Positions 26,220-36,300 of a stretch of DNA of 59,804 bases are shown here, piece after piece. Position 1 is the stretch's first letter. The number at the start of each line of letters is the position of its first letter. Both the position numbers and the translations under genes were made by a program. Source of the DNA: Desulfurococcales archaeon (lineage in GTDB: Archaea > Thermoproteota > Thermoprotei_A > Sulfolobales > NBVN01); NCBI GenBank assembly GCA_027064885.1, contig JAMOOZ010000044.1, positions 1-59,804 of the forward strand, given 5' to 3'. The notes below the pieces were generated by a model, which was not told where the DNA came from, ran no database searches, and worked only from the letters and a program-made list of their open reading frames with translations.

Positions 26220-26558
26220 TTACTGTTCCTCACCATCTTTAATCATGCGGAACCTTATGAGCTTAACTTCCGTCCTGTCTGTGATCCTTCTCCCATAGAT
26301 TTTCTTAAGGGCCCTAACGAGTTCTTCCCTGTTCCTGAAGCCGTCGGTTCTAGCGTCCTCATCGGTTAGCTCACGAACCTCTTTTACTTCGACATCCTCG
26401 ATCCTTGCAATCCCTAGTCGAACTCTACCAGCAACTACCTCAACCTCATCTCCTTTCTTGAGGGTACTGGAGAGTCTTATCGTCGATGTCTTCGACCCCT
26501 TAACGATGCCCTCTCCGTACTCTTTTTTGAACATTAATTTCCTACGGTGCTTCCCCAT
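26220..26558 (-). CDS. ASCH (PUA-like) domain protein
   Basis: FKKEYGEGIVKGSKTSTIR...KKGDEVEVV...IEDVEVKEVRELTDEDARTDGF pattern typical of ASCH. Confidence 0.7.
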   Translation of the reverse strand: MGKHRRKLMFKKEYGEGIVKGSKTSTIRLSSTLKKGDEVEVVAGRVRLGIARIEDVEVKEVRELTDEDARTDGFRNREELVRALKKIYGRRITDRTEVKLIRFRMIKDGEEQ

Positions 26559-26622
26559 GCGTAATCCCTAGCGTCTTTATAAGTTGAGGAAGCAATATAT
26601 TTTACCGCGTGGTGTGGTAAAG

Positions 26623-27297
26623 ATGAAGCTACTTAAGAAGTTGCTAATGTCTGGCGAGGAGGAGTTATTCAGTAAGCTAGCGAAGCATGTAGATCTCTCC
26701 TTAAAATCCATGTTAATCGTGGAGAGATTACTTAAGGGCGACATAAAAGACCATGAGATAGAGTCCCTAATAGTTGAAGTAGTAACTTACGAGAAGCACG
26801 GCGATAAGATAGCGGCTGAGTTAACGGAGATGGTAACCCACGGTGCGGTGCCTGTGGCGCTCTTGGGTGATATAGAGTTCTTAATAGACAGGATAGATGA
26901 CATACTTGACCTAACATACTTTATAGCGATGGAGTGTGGTAGGGCATTTAGAACCGGAATCTCGGGAACAGAGCACGCAAGGAGCATGTACAAGGAGATA
27001 CTTAAAGTAACCGTCATTGCAGCTAAAGCTTTGGAAACGCTCAAGGAAGAATTAGAAATCGCTCTCGAGGACTTCAATAAGCTCCAAGAGCTAGATGATA
27101 TAATTGACGTTTACGAGGATAGAGTAGATGAGATGAAGAATGCCATCCTTGATAAGCTGTATGGCTTAGGTCCTGAGATAGGTGCCATAACCTTTAATCA
27201 CTTACTTGAGATGATTAAGAGCTTAGACACTATAGTAGATGCCTGTGAGGACGTCTCACACCTCTTGATTAGGGTTATTAGCTCAATGCGGTACTAG
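26623..27297 (+). CDS. DUF47 / PhoU-like phosphate-transport regulator (COG1392)
   Basis: Helical-bundle protein (EKHGDKIAAELTEMV...) immediately upstream of a PiT-type transporter, the usual gene pair. Confidence 0.65.
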   Translation: MKLLKKLLMSGEEELFSKLAKHVDLSLKSMLIVERLLKGDIKDHEIESLIVEVVTYEKHGDKIAAELTEMVTHGAVPVALLGDIEFLIDRIDDILDLTYFIAMECGRAFRTGISGTEHARSMYKEILKVTVIAAKALETLKEELEIALEDFNKLQELDDIIDVYEDRVDEMKNAILDKLYGLGPEIGAITFNHLLEMIKSLDTIVDACEDVSHLLIRVISSMRY

Positions 27298-27342
27298 TAG
27301 GTTCCCTAGTCGAAGTCCGAAATGATATCGAGAATGCAGTAG

Positions 27343-28275
27343 TTGGTGAGTACCATGCTGATTGTACTTCAAGCACTGCTACTAACTGCAGTGGCGATAG
27401 CTGTTGGAAACAATATGGGTGTCATTGCTGGACCAGCCGCAGGTTCTAGGATATTAAGCCGAAATACAATCTCCGCTTTAGCGATAGTCGGGCTTAGCCT
27501 GGGGTACCTGCTTGAAGGTTGGAAGTTCCTAGGTAGTGTGAGCCTCCCGAGAAACATTATAGGAGCATCGTTCGTTCTGGCGATAGTCATACTAGTGATG
27601 CTCACGGTCAGCGGCTTCGTTACATCCATAACACAAGTCTTTGTCGGTATTTACATAGGTTACTTACTCACATATGGTTTCGAAGCAACAGGTGAGATCC
27701 TTAAGATACTGGGTTTCTGGTGCGTGACTTTCCTATCATCCGTTATCGTAGCCTTTCTCTTTGTTAAGCTCATAGCTTCACGGAAAACCGGGATAATCAG
27801 TAGTTTGCTTGCGCTTAAGCTTGCGAGCATAGTAATGGTGTTTATCACCGCCTACACCTTAGGCGCGAACACCATAGGTTTTATAGTGGCGTTTATTGGT
27901 CAGAATGCCAACGACTTACCTACCGTGGCACTCACGATATCCGGTATAATCGTAGGTGTGCTAGTGATTCGGGGGCGACGTGGAATTACTAAGTTAGGCT
28001 CCGGATTCTATGGATTAAGGTACACTAGTTCAGTAGCTCCCTATGTCTCAACTTTAATACTAACTGAGGTAGGTACTCAGTTCTCTATACCGCTCCCAAT
28101 GTCTATATCCATATTCTCCGGTATGTTAGGGGCAGCACTAGCCATGAGACTCAGGTTTATAAGTAGGCGTAAGGTAGCAACGTATATAATGCTTAGTTGG
28201 GTATTGCCGCTGATTCTCTCAATCGTGCTTTCTTACATAACCTTCAAAATACTTCACCTTGGACATTTTCTGTGA
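27343..28275 (+). CDS. PiT-family inorganic phosphate transporter-like membrane protein
   Basis: Polytopic; duplicated GxN motif regions (AVGNNMGVIAGPAAGSRIL and YTLGANTIGF) resembling the PHO4/PiT GANDVAN signatures; shorter (310 aa) than typical. Confidence 0.6.
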   Translation: MVSTMLIVLQALLLTAVAIAVGNNMGVIAGPAAGSRILSRNTISALAIVGLSLGYLLEGWKFLGSVSLPRNIIGASFVLAIVILVMLTVSGFVTSITQVFVGIYIGYLLTYGFEATGEILKILGFWCVTFLSSVIVAFLFVKLIASRKTGIISSLLALKLASIVMVFITAYTLGANTIGFIVAFIGQNANDLPTVALTISGIIVGVLVIRGRRGITKLGSGFYGLRYTSSVAPYVSTLILTEVGTQFSIPLPMSISIFSGMLGAALAMRLRFISRRKVATYIMLSWVLPLILSIVLSYITFKILHLGHFL

Positions 28276-30324
28276 GGCTAATGAGCGGGACTTACGGTAC
28301 TCTTTCAAAATGGCTTCTAAATCTGCGTAGGTTAGCTCCCTTTGCCTCACCATTTCTTCCTTAATTCTTGCGACCTTCTCCTCAGCTGCACGCAATCTGC
28401 TGAGTATCTCGGAATCCACTGCAACTAAGCTTGGACTCACATCCCATACTTCCCGGGCCGTCGTTGCTGGTATCAAATACTTTCTTACAAGAAGTTCAGA
28501 GTCTTTCTCGCGACCCGGTGGCAACACAACCTTCCTCGAGGCTAAGCTACCTGCAGCACCAGCCGAAAGTATCTGACGCAAATCGTCGACGAACACCGCG
28601 TTTAACTCGTCATCACTCACTACGTACTTAACCCCATAGCGCGGCAAAAGCATTAATTCGCCCGCAAACATACGTTCAAGAACTTTGCCCACAGAGGTTA
28701 ATCTTTCCCTCAGGCTAAGCACTTCATGCTCTAGCTCCTCAATTCTCTGTGAAGCATTCTTAAGCCTTGTCAGAAGCTCACTAACTTTCCTGTCCCTAGC
28801 AATTTTCTCGTTCATAGACTCCGTTAACGTCCGCACACTATACTCCAGCTCCCTAATACGAGCTTCAGAATCTCTGACCTTACTCTTCAAAATTTCGCGT
28901 TCTCGAAGCAACTCATCCACACGCCGTTCAAGCTCCTTAATCTTCTCAGTATATTTAGAGACCTCGTGAGCCTGGTACGGCATCGTTAGCGAGACCTGCT
29001 TTCTTAATGAAGCTACTGAAGGTTCTGCTGGCTTAATGTAGTCGTTAATTATATCCTCGATTATCGCGCTTAGGGGCTCATTCATTAATATTCGTACCTT
29101 ATACTTCTGCAAGTTCTTTACAGGGAGTCCCATATTCCTAATTTTCTTCACTAACTTCTCCAGCTTATCCTGATAAAACCTATATGCTCTCAACGCCGCA
29201 GAGAGTGCGTCACGCTCGTGCGTGTTCTTGATCCCAACTCCGTATGAGCGGCTATACTCTGACACCAGTATTTCCTTCTCGCTTGTGGAGAGCGAACGTG
29301 GAGGCACAAATAGCTGGGCGTTCAGCATCGCCGCAAGTTTTCTGACCACTTCGGGTGGTGGGTTCTTATCAGTAGCTACTATAACAGGTATGCCTATACT
29401 CGTGAGTTTCGAGAGTATCTCTCCTCGGTCAAGCTCGCGCCCGGATGTTATTAGGTATGGCTTCATATCTAAATCTATTACAGCTAGGCCAGCCTGCATT
29501 CCAGGATCGTAGCCAACTATGAGGTACTTCTTAGGAGTCTCCTGCGGTGCGATTAGTTTAAGGAACTTCCTACTTATGACTGGTTTTATCCTCACTTCAA
29601 CATCGTGGCCTTTAACCCTTTTCACAACACCGAATAGCTCCTCCCTCGACGCATATACGGTAAATACTGCCTGCTCAACTCCTCCCTTGCTACGACGAAT
29701 CATTACGTCGTAATCAAATCCACGGCGCTCTAACTCCTCTCTAAGTTTCTTAACCATTCGCGCTACAGCTCCTCGGAGATTTCTCTGGAATTTATTCGCA
29801 CGCGAGCCTCCGGCATGACCAGACCTGCCTTTGAATACATTTATCCTGACCTTCCTTTCATAAACGTCTAGTCTCTCTCCGTACCCGCTCCATGCTAAGG
29901 TTGCAACAAGAACCGCTGTCCTAGCGGGATTCAACCTACCTTTATCGAGTTCCATGCCTGCTATGTTGGCTACACGTCTTAAGTTCACGAGCGTCTGCCC
30001 TTCTAAAGTTACCTGAACGAATTCTGTATCTGGCGGTACGAGCTTCAGTATTCGAACTAAGTTCCTTTTAGAGCCTCCTAATTCAAGGATGTTGTCCGTT
30101 GCTAGCGTTGCGGGTCTGTAATCCCATAGGTACCTTACTAATCGACCAAGGTTACCTCTATCTACTTTGAGCGCTCGGCCGTTCCTAACTAGTGCTATGG
30201 CGTAGACGTACTTATTAAGGGCTTTGCCGCCGCTCCTAACTATGTCTACGCCTACGTATGTCCGTTCATGCCTATAACTCCTCTGCTTCTCCCCTGACAT
30301 ACTTGATGGCTCTCTCGACATCAA
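28219..30324 (-). CDS. DUF460 (COG2433) protein: RNase H-fold putative nuclease with a C-terminal coiled coil
   Basis: YLIVGYDPGMQAGLAVIDLD...IPVIVATDKNPPPEVVRKLA core; long heptad-rich segment (KIKELERRVDELLREREILKSKVRDSEARIRELE...). Confidence 0.65.
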   Translation of the reverse strand: MMSREPSSMSGEKQRSYRHERTYVGVDIVRSGGKALNKYVYAIALVRNGRALKVDRGNLGRLVRYLWDYRPATLATDNILELGGSKRNLVRILKLVPPDTEFVQVTLEGQTLVNLRRVANIAGMELDKGRLNPARTAVLVATLAWSGYGERLDVYERKVRINVFKGRSGHAGGSRANKFQRNLRGAVARMVKKLREELERRGFDYDVMIRRSKGGVEQAVFTVYASREELFGVVKRVKGHDVEVRIKPVISRKFLKLIAPQETPKKYLIVGYDPGMQAGLAVIDLDMKPYLITSGRELDRGEILSKLTSIGIPVIVATDKNPPPEVVRKLAAMLNAQLFVPPRSLSTSEKEILVSEYSRSYGVGIKNTHERDALSAALRAYRFYQDKLEKLVKKIRNMGLPVKNLQKYKVRILMNEPLSAIIEDIINDYIKPAEPSVASLRKQVSLTMPYQAHEVSKYTEKIKELERRVDELLREREILKSKVRDSEARIRELEYSVRTLTESMNEKIARDRKVSELLTRLKNASQRIEELEHEVLSLRERLTSVGKVLERMFAGELMLLPRYGVKYVVSDDELNAVFVDDLRQILSAGAAGSLASRKVVLPPGREKDSELLVRKYLIPATTAREVWDVSPSLVAVDSEILSRLRAAEEKVARIKEEMVRQRELTYADLEAILKEYRKSRSLASQKMSKVKYFEGYVRKHD

Positions 30325-31162
30325 TGTTGACTCGGTAACGGCGCTTAAAGAACTTGAGCACGTATTCCACGTCCCTGCAGAGAAAAGCCTTGTGGTTTGG
30401 ATCGTCTCTGTACACGTACTGTGGCCAGTCGATTATGTAGGGTACCTCATTATCGCCTTCTATGGAGACGACTATGTTGTACTCGCTTAAGTCACCATGG
30501 ACTATGCCTACATGGAGGTAAGCTTCCCTCAAAGTGTACAGTATCTTTTTAAGCAATCCCTCAGGGTCAATCGCTACTTTGTAGCGGTAAAGTTCGACCC
30601 CACTTATATAGCTTAACACTACTGCATGTCTATTCCATCCATAGGGTTTAGGGACGTAAGACGTGAATTTAATTAAGTCCTTCAGCGCTTTATACTCTCT
30701 CTCAGCCGTAACTTTAGATCTGATCATCCAATTAGCCTCGTCCGCAAGGTAGGATCGCACTCTCTTTACCTTTTGGAAGCTGACGCGTCCTATTTTATAG
30801 AACTTCACAGCAAGCAAGCGTCCTTCAGAGTTTTTGGCAATGTATATTTCGCTCTCCTTCCCCATACCGACCTTTGTCCCGAGATACGCTACTATCCCAG
30901 CATTACTAAGAGAATGAAGGGCCAGCAAATCTAAACCTATGTAGGTAAGGCGGTAGCCTGTCTTAGGGGTTGGTGTCCGTATTATCGCTTTTATCTTGTT
31001 TAGCTTAGTTAATACACGTGCCAGAACCTTAGGCGGCAGTTTGCTTTTCTTCTCTATTATCTCTAAGGGGACATATTCGTACTTGCCCAACATCGAATCT
31101 AGAACCCTAAGGACGATGAAGCAATTTTTGTCTAAGTTCTTGTAGAGTAAAGCTAACTCCAA
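30272..31162 (-). CDS. rio2: RIO-type serine kinase Rio2
   Basis: N-terminal wHTH, RIO domain (GKESEIY, HGDLSEYNIVV, IDWPQ). Confidence 0.85.
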   Translation of the reverse strand: MELALLYKNLDKNCFIVLRVLDSMLGKYEYVPLEIIEKKSKLPPKVLARVLTKLNKIKAIIRTPTPKTGYRLTYIGLDLLALHSLSNAGIVAYLGTKVGMGKESEIYIAKNSEGRLLAVKFYKIGRVSFQKVKRVRSYLADEANWMIRSKVTAEREYKALKDLIKFTSYVPKPYGWNRHAVVLSYISGVELYRYKVAIDPEGLLKKILYTLREAYLHVGIVHGDLSEYNIVVSIEGDNEVPYIIDWPQYVYRDDPNHKAFLCRDVEYVLKFFKRRYRVNIDVERAIKYVRGEAEEL

Positions 31163-31200
31163 TTCCTTACCCTTTTAATGAAGAATATAATGAACTAAAA

Positions 31201-31266
31201 ATCTCAGCCACCGACCCCTCATCACTTTACCTTAAGTCATCAGACCCGGTTTCATTCATCACTGAC
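31201..31266 (-). ncRNA. C/D-box sRNA candidate (sR-d)
   Basis: guc-a-GUGAUGA(31262-31256)-12 nt-CUGA(31243-31240)-14 nt-GUGAUGA(31225-31219)-11 nt-CUGA(31207-31204)-gau; all four boxes are consensus; intergenic between the SAM synthetase gene and rio2. Confidence 0.6.
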
Positions 31267-31284
31267 GGTCGAGTGTTTTGGTTA

Positions 31285-32511
31285 CTAAAACAGCATTATC
31301 TGTCCATTGACTATGAGTTCCGTTAGCTTCGTTATATTTTCAAGTTCCTCGTTAATTATTGATTCTGCGTCCGACTTCATGGAGAGGAATGATGCGGGAT
31401 CTTCCGGAAGTATTTTTGCCACTGCTACCTGAGGTAAGTCTATTGGATGACCTATTTTTGATAATATCTCTACATAGACCTCGCGAACTTTCGGGATCTC
31501 GCTAGCGATTCTGTTGGCTATCCTCATGGCTAATACATTATATAATTTACCAACGTGACTAACGGGATTCTTTCCTGCCGTTGCTTCAAGACTCATGGAT
31601 CTTAGGGGAGTTATTAGTCCGTTAGACCTATTGCCTCTGCCCGTCATTCCGTCATCTCCGTGCTCTGCCGACGTTCCCGTTACGGTTATGTAGGCTATCC
31701 CCTTGTCAGGCTTGTCTGCTGTATTAACTTGAACCTCGACTTCGTAGTCGGGTGCTATCTTAGATGCCAAGTCGCTCACCTTGTTTAGAACCTCCTCCTT
31801 TACCGATAGGTAATGATCCATATCGGGTATTAACGAGGATATCATGGCTGCCGCAATTGTCAGCGTTATTTTCTTCCCTGTCCTTAACCCCATAACCTTA
31901 ATGTCCTCTCCGACCTCAGGCAATTTCTCCTTGAATTCCCTGGAGTTAAGGAAACGCTCGGTCTTTAGGACTAGAGTCTCCAGCGTTGAGAGCGGGGCGA
32001 AGCTTACGCCGAAGCTTGTGTCATTAGCTAAAGGCTTAGTCTTCTTGCCTAGCTCGTAGAGCCCCACAAGGTCTGAACTTCCACTCCTTATCATGTAGTC
32101 TACAATGACGTGACGCTCTGGATCGAGGAAACGGAAGTTCTTTTTTATCCAGTTCTTAACGGCCCCTATAATGAGTGTCCCGACCGGAATTCTCTCTATT
32201 CTGCCATCCCTGCTAATGACGTATTCCGTTGCCCTGCCAGCAACTATTATGTATATTGGATGAAGAATTTCTCCGCCACCGAAGACGGGCCTTGCCTGAC
32301 CCCCGACAAGCAGGACCTTATCGAGGTTGTGGTGAAGGATGTATCCGTAGTGCTCAAGATAGTATTTCGAGAGAATAACACTGGATGCCTCAGAAGCCGC
32401 ATCCGCTACGTAATCCGGGTGACCAATACCCTTTCTCTCAACAAGCTCTACCATCTGCTCCTCAACCGGCGTCCAGTAAACGGCCTCCACACGTATGTTT
32501 CTTCCCCGCAT
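31285..32511 (-). CDS. mat: archaeal-type S-adenosylmethionine synthetase
   Basis: [14 protein letters not shown], archaeal MAT length and layout. Confidence 0.92.
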   Translation of the reverse strand: MRGRNIRVEAVYWTPVEEQMVELVERKGIGHPDYVADAASEASSVILSKYYLEHYGYILHHNLDKVLLVGGQARPVFGGGEILHPIYIIVAGRATEYVISRDGRIERIPVGTLIIGAVKNWIKKNFRFLDPERHVIVDYMIRSGSSDLVGLYELGKKTKPLANDTSFGVSFAPLSTLETLVLKTERFLNSREFKEKLPEVGEDIKVMGLRTGKKITLTIAAAMISSLIPDMDHYLSVKEEVLNKVSDLASKIAPDYEVEVQVNTADKPDKGIAYITVTGTSAEHGDDGMTGRGNRSNGLITPLRSMSLEATAGKNPVSHVGKLYNVLAMRIANRIASEIPKVREVYVEILSKIGHPIDLPQVAVAKILPEDPASFLSMKSDAESIINEELENITKLTELIVNGQIMLF

Positions 32512-32640
32512 TTTGCATACCTAATTTCAGAGGGGGGACATATGAAATTAAAGCTTTCCTTATTTCTAGTGAAACTACTTAACGCTAGCGTTGAACTGTA
32601 AACAATACCACGTAACAAAGGTGAGTGAAAGCCGGTAGAG

Positions 32641-32901
32641 CTACTGCTTGTGGTAGTCAACTATTATATAGAGGATCTGACTCCCTCTGATTAACACAGT
32701 GCCGTACCTAGCTATAGGCTCTCCCCCTTCATCAGAGATTTCCTCACAATCAGTCATGACCACATTCATTGTGGGGTCGGTCATTATTAGCCTACCATAA
32801 TACGAGTTCCCGTCTTTAATCTTAACCAGCACGTCTTTATTGACGGAAGACCTTAGAGTCCTTAGAGGACTCTCGCTTCTCTGGATTGCCATAGTCCACA
32901 C
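32641..32901 (-). CDS. Sm-like archaeal protein (SmAP/LSm)
   Basis: Sm1/Sm2: VLVKIKDGNSYYGRLIMTDPTMNVVMTDCEE...VLIRGSQILYI. Confidence 0.85.
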   Translation of the reverse strand: MWTMAIQRSESPLRTLRSSVNKDVLVKIKDGNSYYGRLIMTDPTMNVVMTDCEEISDEGGEPIARYGTVLIRGSQILYIIVDYHKQ

Positions 32902-33006
32902 CTACAGTCTAACCTAATGCCTCCTAATTTAAGTTTTAGGTGAGTTTCCTGTATCAGGCAGGTCACGACTTTTAAAGCTATTCATTAAAATACTTAGGGG
33001 TTATTT

Positions 33007-33270
33007 ATGAGCGAACGTGGTGAAGTAAGCGTTGGTAATAGGCCTTTAGGGGATTACATAGTTTCGGCAGCAATATTGTTCAACCAAGGATATCGACAGG
33101 TGTTAATACGTGGAAGAGGCAATAATATCTCTAAAGCAGTGGCATTGTACAATGCACTAAAGGAACGTATGGGTGACGCCCTAAAGCTTGTGGACGTCCG
33201 GATAGGAAGTAATGAGGTTAGAGGCAGGATAGTGTCATTTATCGAGATACTAATAGAGAGAATCTATTAG
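33007..33270 (+). CDS. alba: Alba-family DNA/RNA-binding protein (divergent paralogue)
   Basis: VLIRGRGNNISKAVALYNALKER...VRGRIVSFIEILIE aligns with the Alba at 46425. Confidence 0.8.
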   Translation: MSERGEVSVGNRPLGDYIVSAAILFNQGYRQVLIRGRGNNISKAVALYNALKERMGDALKLVDVRIGSNEVRGRIVSFIEILIERIY

Positions 33271-33302
33271 TGGAATAAACGACAAATACCGTCTGTTCCG
33301 CA

Positions 33303-36300
33303 TTATAGTGCCTCTGCGCGTGTCTGTGTTTCCGGCACCGTTAGCAACTCTTCCGAGGCCGCCATGAGTTCACGGCCCACCCTAATCCTTACGACATCAC
33401 TTAGCAACAGGATTAATGCACTCTTCCTGCTTATCTTACCCTCCCTTACGAGATCTAATAACACCTCTAGCTCTCTTGTAGCTTTTACATCACTTAACTC
33501 TGGGTAATATCTGCTTACTAAGTCCGCAACCTCCATACCGAGTTTCGTAGGTATCAGGTATAGTCTCCTCTTGGAGGCTATAACGTAACCATGGCGCATA
33601 TTATTCTCAACTGCTTTTGCGTACGTGCTAGGTCTTCCTATTCTCTTCTCCTTCATTATCCTGATCACATCTGACGCCGTGTAGAGTGAGACCTCCGATG
33701 CCCGTACTACTTTAGACTCTATATTCTCACTAAACCTGAATACCTTTCCTTGCGTGAAGTACCCATAAACTCTTTCTGGGAGTACTTTCATGAAGCCCTC
33801 TTCAATTATTTCGACAGGTACCTCCACGTGAAGTTCTGCGTCACCAAGTATTACCCTGAACTTACGGACACGTAGCTTTGCCGGGGTCATTTGTGAAGCT
33901 ATGAATCTACGGAATATCAGCTCATACAGCTTCTTATGGTACCACGTTAAGTTACTGAACGACATGAATCCCAGGTCTTCAACCTCATCAAGACTCCTCA
34001 GGGGCTTAGTCGGCCTTATACACTCGTGCGTTCCTTCACCTCCCCAAGATCTAGGACGTATATCAGAGCCATACCCTTCTTTAATCAAGTACTCCTTCGC
34101 AATCTCGATCCCCGTAGCAGAGACGTGGGTACTGTCGGTTCTATGGTATGTTATATAACCGAGTTCAAAGAGGTTCTGTGCAATCTTCATCACCTTACCT
34201 GGGCTCAGCTTAAGTATCCTTACCCCATCAAAGAGTAGTGTGTCGGTGGTGTACGGTGGGCGCGGATTCTGCTCCTTCTCATATTCCTCGATTAATTCTA
34301 GGGTTACCCCTTCAGATGCAACATGACGGAGAATCCTTTCCGCTACATCCTTGTCTTTCGTGAAGTACTTAATGCGTAGTCTCTCTGGCAACGTGATTAT
34401 TAGTAAGTATCCTTTCGAGTCAACATACCGTCTGTACCGGTCTACTACCCACTTGAGGACAGGTGTCTGCACCCTTCCTCCGCCGAGCCAGTACCTATCC
34501 AGCCTCTCCTTGAGGACCGTGCTTAGCTCAAAACCTATTAGTCTATCGTCAACTCTTCTTACGATTTGAGCATCAACTCTTCTTAGGTCAATGTCCCTAG
34601 GATTCAGTAAGGCTTTGAGGAAACCCTGCCTAGTTACTTCATGAAACTCTATGCGTCTAAACACATTGACGTACGGGCGGAGCAGTAAGTACACATCATA
34701 AGAGATTTTCTCCCCTTCATCGTCGGGATCCGTGGCAAGGAATACTATGTCAGCTTCCCTCGCAAGTTTTCTGAGCGCGTCCACGATCTTCTTGCTATCA
34801 CGTATCCTCGTAGAGCCGCACCTTGGGCACTTATCTATTTCATCTGTGGTTTGATAACCGCAGTCAGCACACCTCTTAATCGTCGAGTACACTGGCGTCA
34901 AACCAGTTTGGGCCTTCCTTATACCGTGAAGTCCGCCGTTTATTTGTAAGTCAAGTATGTGTCCCAAAGTCGGGGCTATCGTCGCCACATAGACCTTATC
35001 ATCTAACGTAATCACAGTCTCATACGCAACGTACTCCCCTAGGTACCTTCGTCCAGGCCTACCAAACATCTTTGAAATTGTCCTTGCCTTAGTAGGTGAT
35101 TCAACGACTATTAGTACTGACTTAATTTTATTCACATCCATGCCTTCACCAGTGCCGCTCCTTGACTCTCTCTGCTTCCTCTTTATCTCGTTAAGGTCAG
35201 CATCCTCTAACGAGATAGGGTTGTAGGAGGCAACATAGTTCCGTAACTTCTTCTGAAATATGTTGAGAATGTCCTTGTCAAGGTAGAATATTACTGACAG
35301 TCCTAACGTCATTCTGCCCTTAAATAACCTGCTACATCTGCCAGATGCTTGTATATACGTCATTACGTCAGGTATTCTGACAACAAGCTTACTTCTCTTG
35401 TTAATGATGACGTAGGACTCACTAACGAATTTCCCGTGTTCCCTTACATATGCGGAGATGAACTTCATCAGTTTAGGTATAGTGCGTTGGATTTTCTCCT
35501 TAATCTCTGCTAGGAAGCTCTCTAACTTAATATATCCTTTTATTCCTGCCTGTAGCACCTTGATCTTCCCTGGACTTAGCTTAGTTAAGATCCTTACGAG
35601 TTCTTTCTCCTCCTCACTAAGTGTGAATCCTTTCCTTGATGCCTCAATGAGTGTTCTCACGAAAGATCTAGGGTTCTCTAGCATTGATCGTAAGTCAAAC
35701 TCGAACTTGGGAACACCAATAAACACAGTGTTGTATATTAGTAGCGGTTCATCTATTCCTCTAGTTAATATTCCGTAGTATGTCGCAACGCCAACAAGTA
35801 CTTCGGCCTCTCCACTCTTTAGTAGCTCTAATGCTTTCCTTGATGTTGCAAGTGACGCCTTAATTCCGTGTTTTACTAGTGTACTTACAAGTTTCTTAGC
35901 ACCACTTACACCGATCTCCTTACTTACAAATACTAGTGTGCCTCCCTCCAACTCTTTAAGTACCTTAACTAGCTTGTCCTCATCGTAAGGCGTAATTACC
36001 TCAACAATATTGCGTAAATAATCCATTATCGACCCAACTTCGAAACCTAGTAACTCCCGGAGAACCTTTATCCTAGTTCCCTTCGCTCTGCCTGTGGCAC
36101 TAGCTATTAGTAACTGCCCTACGCTACTCACATCTAGCTCCGCCGCTAGCTCAAGCTCAATGTCATAGAGCTTCTTACTGACTTCCTCAGCGCGTTCCTC
36201 GTTACCAGCGTACTTGTAGAAGAATAGCTCGGACTTGAGCGCGACTATCTTGCGAGCTAGTTCTATTGCTTTCTCCCCTATGCCTAGTGTCTTTAGTATT

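Noticed and set aside
32110-32601. 163-aa plus-strand ORF overlapping the 5' part of the SAM synthetase gene
   Set aside because: Antisense to a diagnostic MAT sequence. The non-overlapping part covers the promoter region only.
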